From: Utricularia gibba
Taxonomy: Eukaryota > Plantae > Magnoliophyta
Direction: 5' to 3'
Assembly (NCBI GenBank): GCA_002189035.1
Contig: NEEC01000018.1
Location: forward strand, 1,550,001 to 1,614,000
DNA: 64,000 nt
Part shown: one piece after another, positions 63,612 through 64,000 of the stretch
How the letters are laid out: every line of letters starts with the position of its first letter
How positions within the stretch are numbered: the first letter of the stretch is position 1
Made by a program: the position numbers and the translations under genes
Notes under the pieces: model-generated
What the model was told of the DNA's origin: nothing
Database searches by the model: none
The model's input: only the letters and a program-made list of their open reading frames with translations

Positions 63612-64000
63612 CGTCACATCGCTCCACAAAAAGGGAAACTGGGGTTTGTTCTAAAAGGATCCAAGAACCCAATGGCGAATGCGGAGCCAGCCAGTTCAAC
63701 CAAGATCACGACGATGCCGCCTGATCAAGCCACAGACGAAGCGAGATCGCGATCGAGAACGAACAGGATACCTCCTCCAGAGACCAGAGGATTCCTGATG
63801 GATGGGATGCTCAATAAACTCTCGAGTTCCAAGCTCCATTTCCACACCACGGTCTTTGAAGAAGCCATTTCCAATAATTCCTCCGTCAGTTGACCAAATA
63901 AAAACGACGTCGTAAGAGAAACTCACCCACCAATAAAACTGAAAACATATCCAGTCCAATGGTTTCAGACAACCATATTAATTGGGGTTTTAAATTCGTC

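Overview
Very gene-dense nuclear DNA from a flowering plant (eudicot-like): about 25 protein-coding genes in 64 kb, with short introns and several intergenic gaps of only 150-450 bp. In order: ASHR2-like SET protein, Aux/IAA, CDI, CSE, PDM3-like PPR, DUF1336/EDR2-C protein, RsmD, SIN3-like, SEC13, CFM2, SAM-domain protein, class III peroxidase, CSLC4, 2H-phosphoesterase, WAT1/UMAMIT transporter, glutaredoxin C2, organellar NADP-IDH, S1-domain RBP, ARM-repeat protein, LPE1-like PPR, DUF971 protein, SDH2 and SGT1. Gene names come from recalled family similarity, not database searches. No rRNA, tRNA or CRISPR was found. Mobile DNA is limited to a clean solo LTR with a perfect 5-bp TSD (40077-40608) and a probable Tourist-like MITE (2579-2899). 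The main items for follow-up are: a frameshift between the transit peptide and body of the PDM3-like PPR; a 148-bp DUF971-SDH2 junction with two hairpins; an extra C-terminal LxLxLxLxL motif in the Aux/IAA; a spliced 3' UTR and a second His in the 2H-phosphoesterase; and two unexplained transcript-like segments. I found no convincing wholly new multi-gene system.
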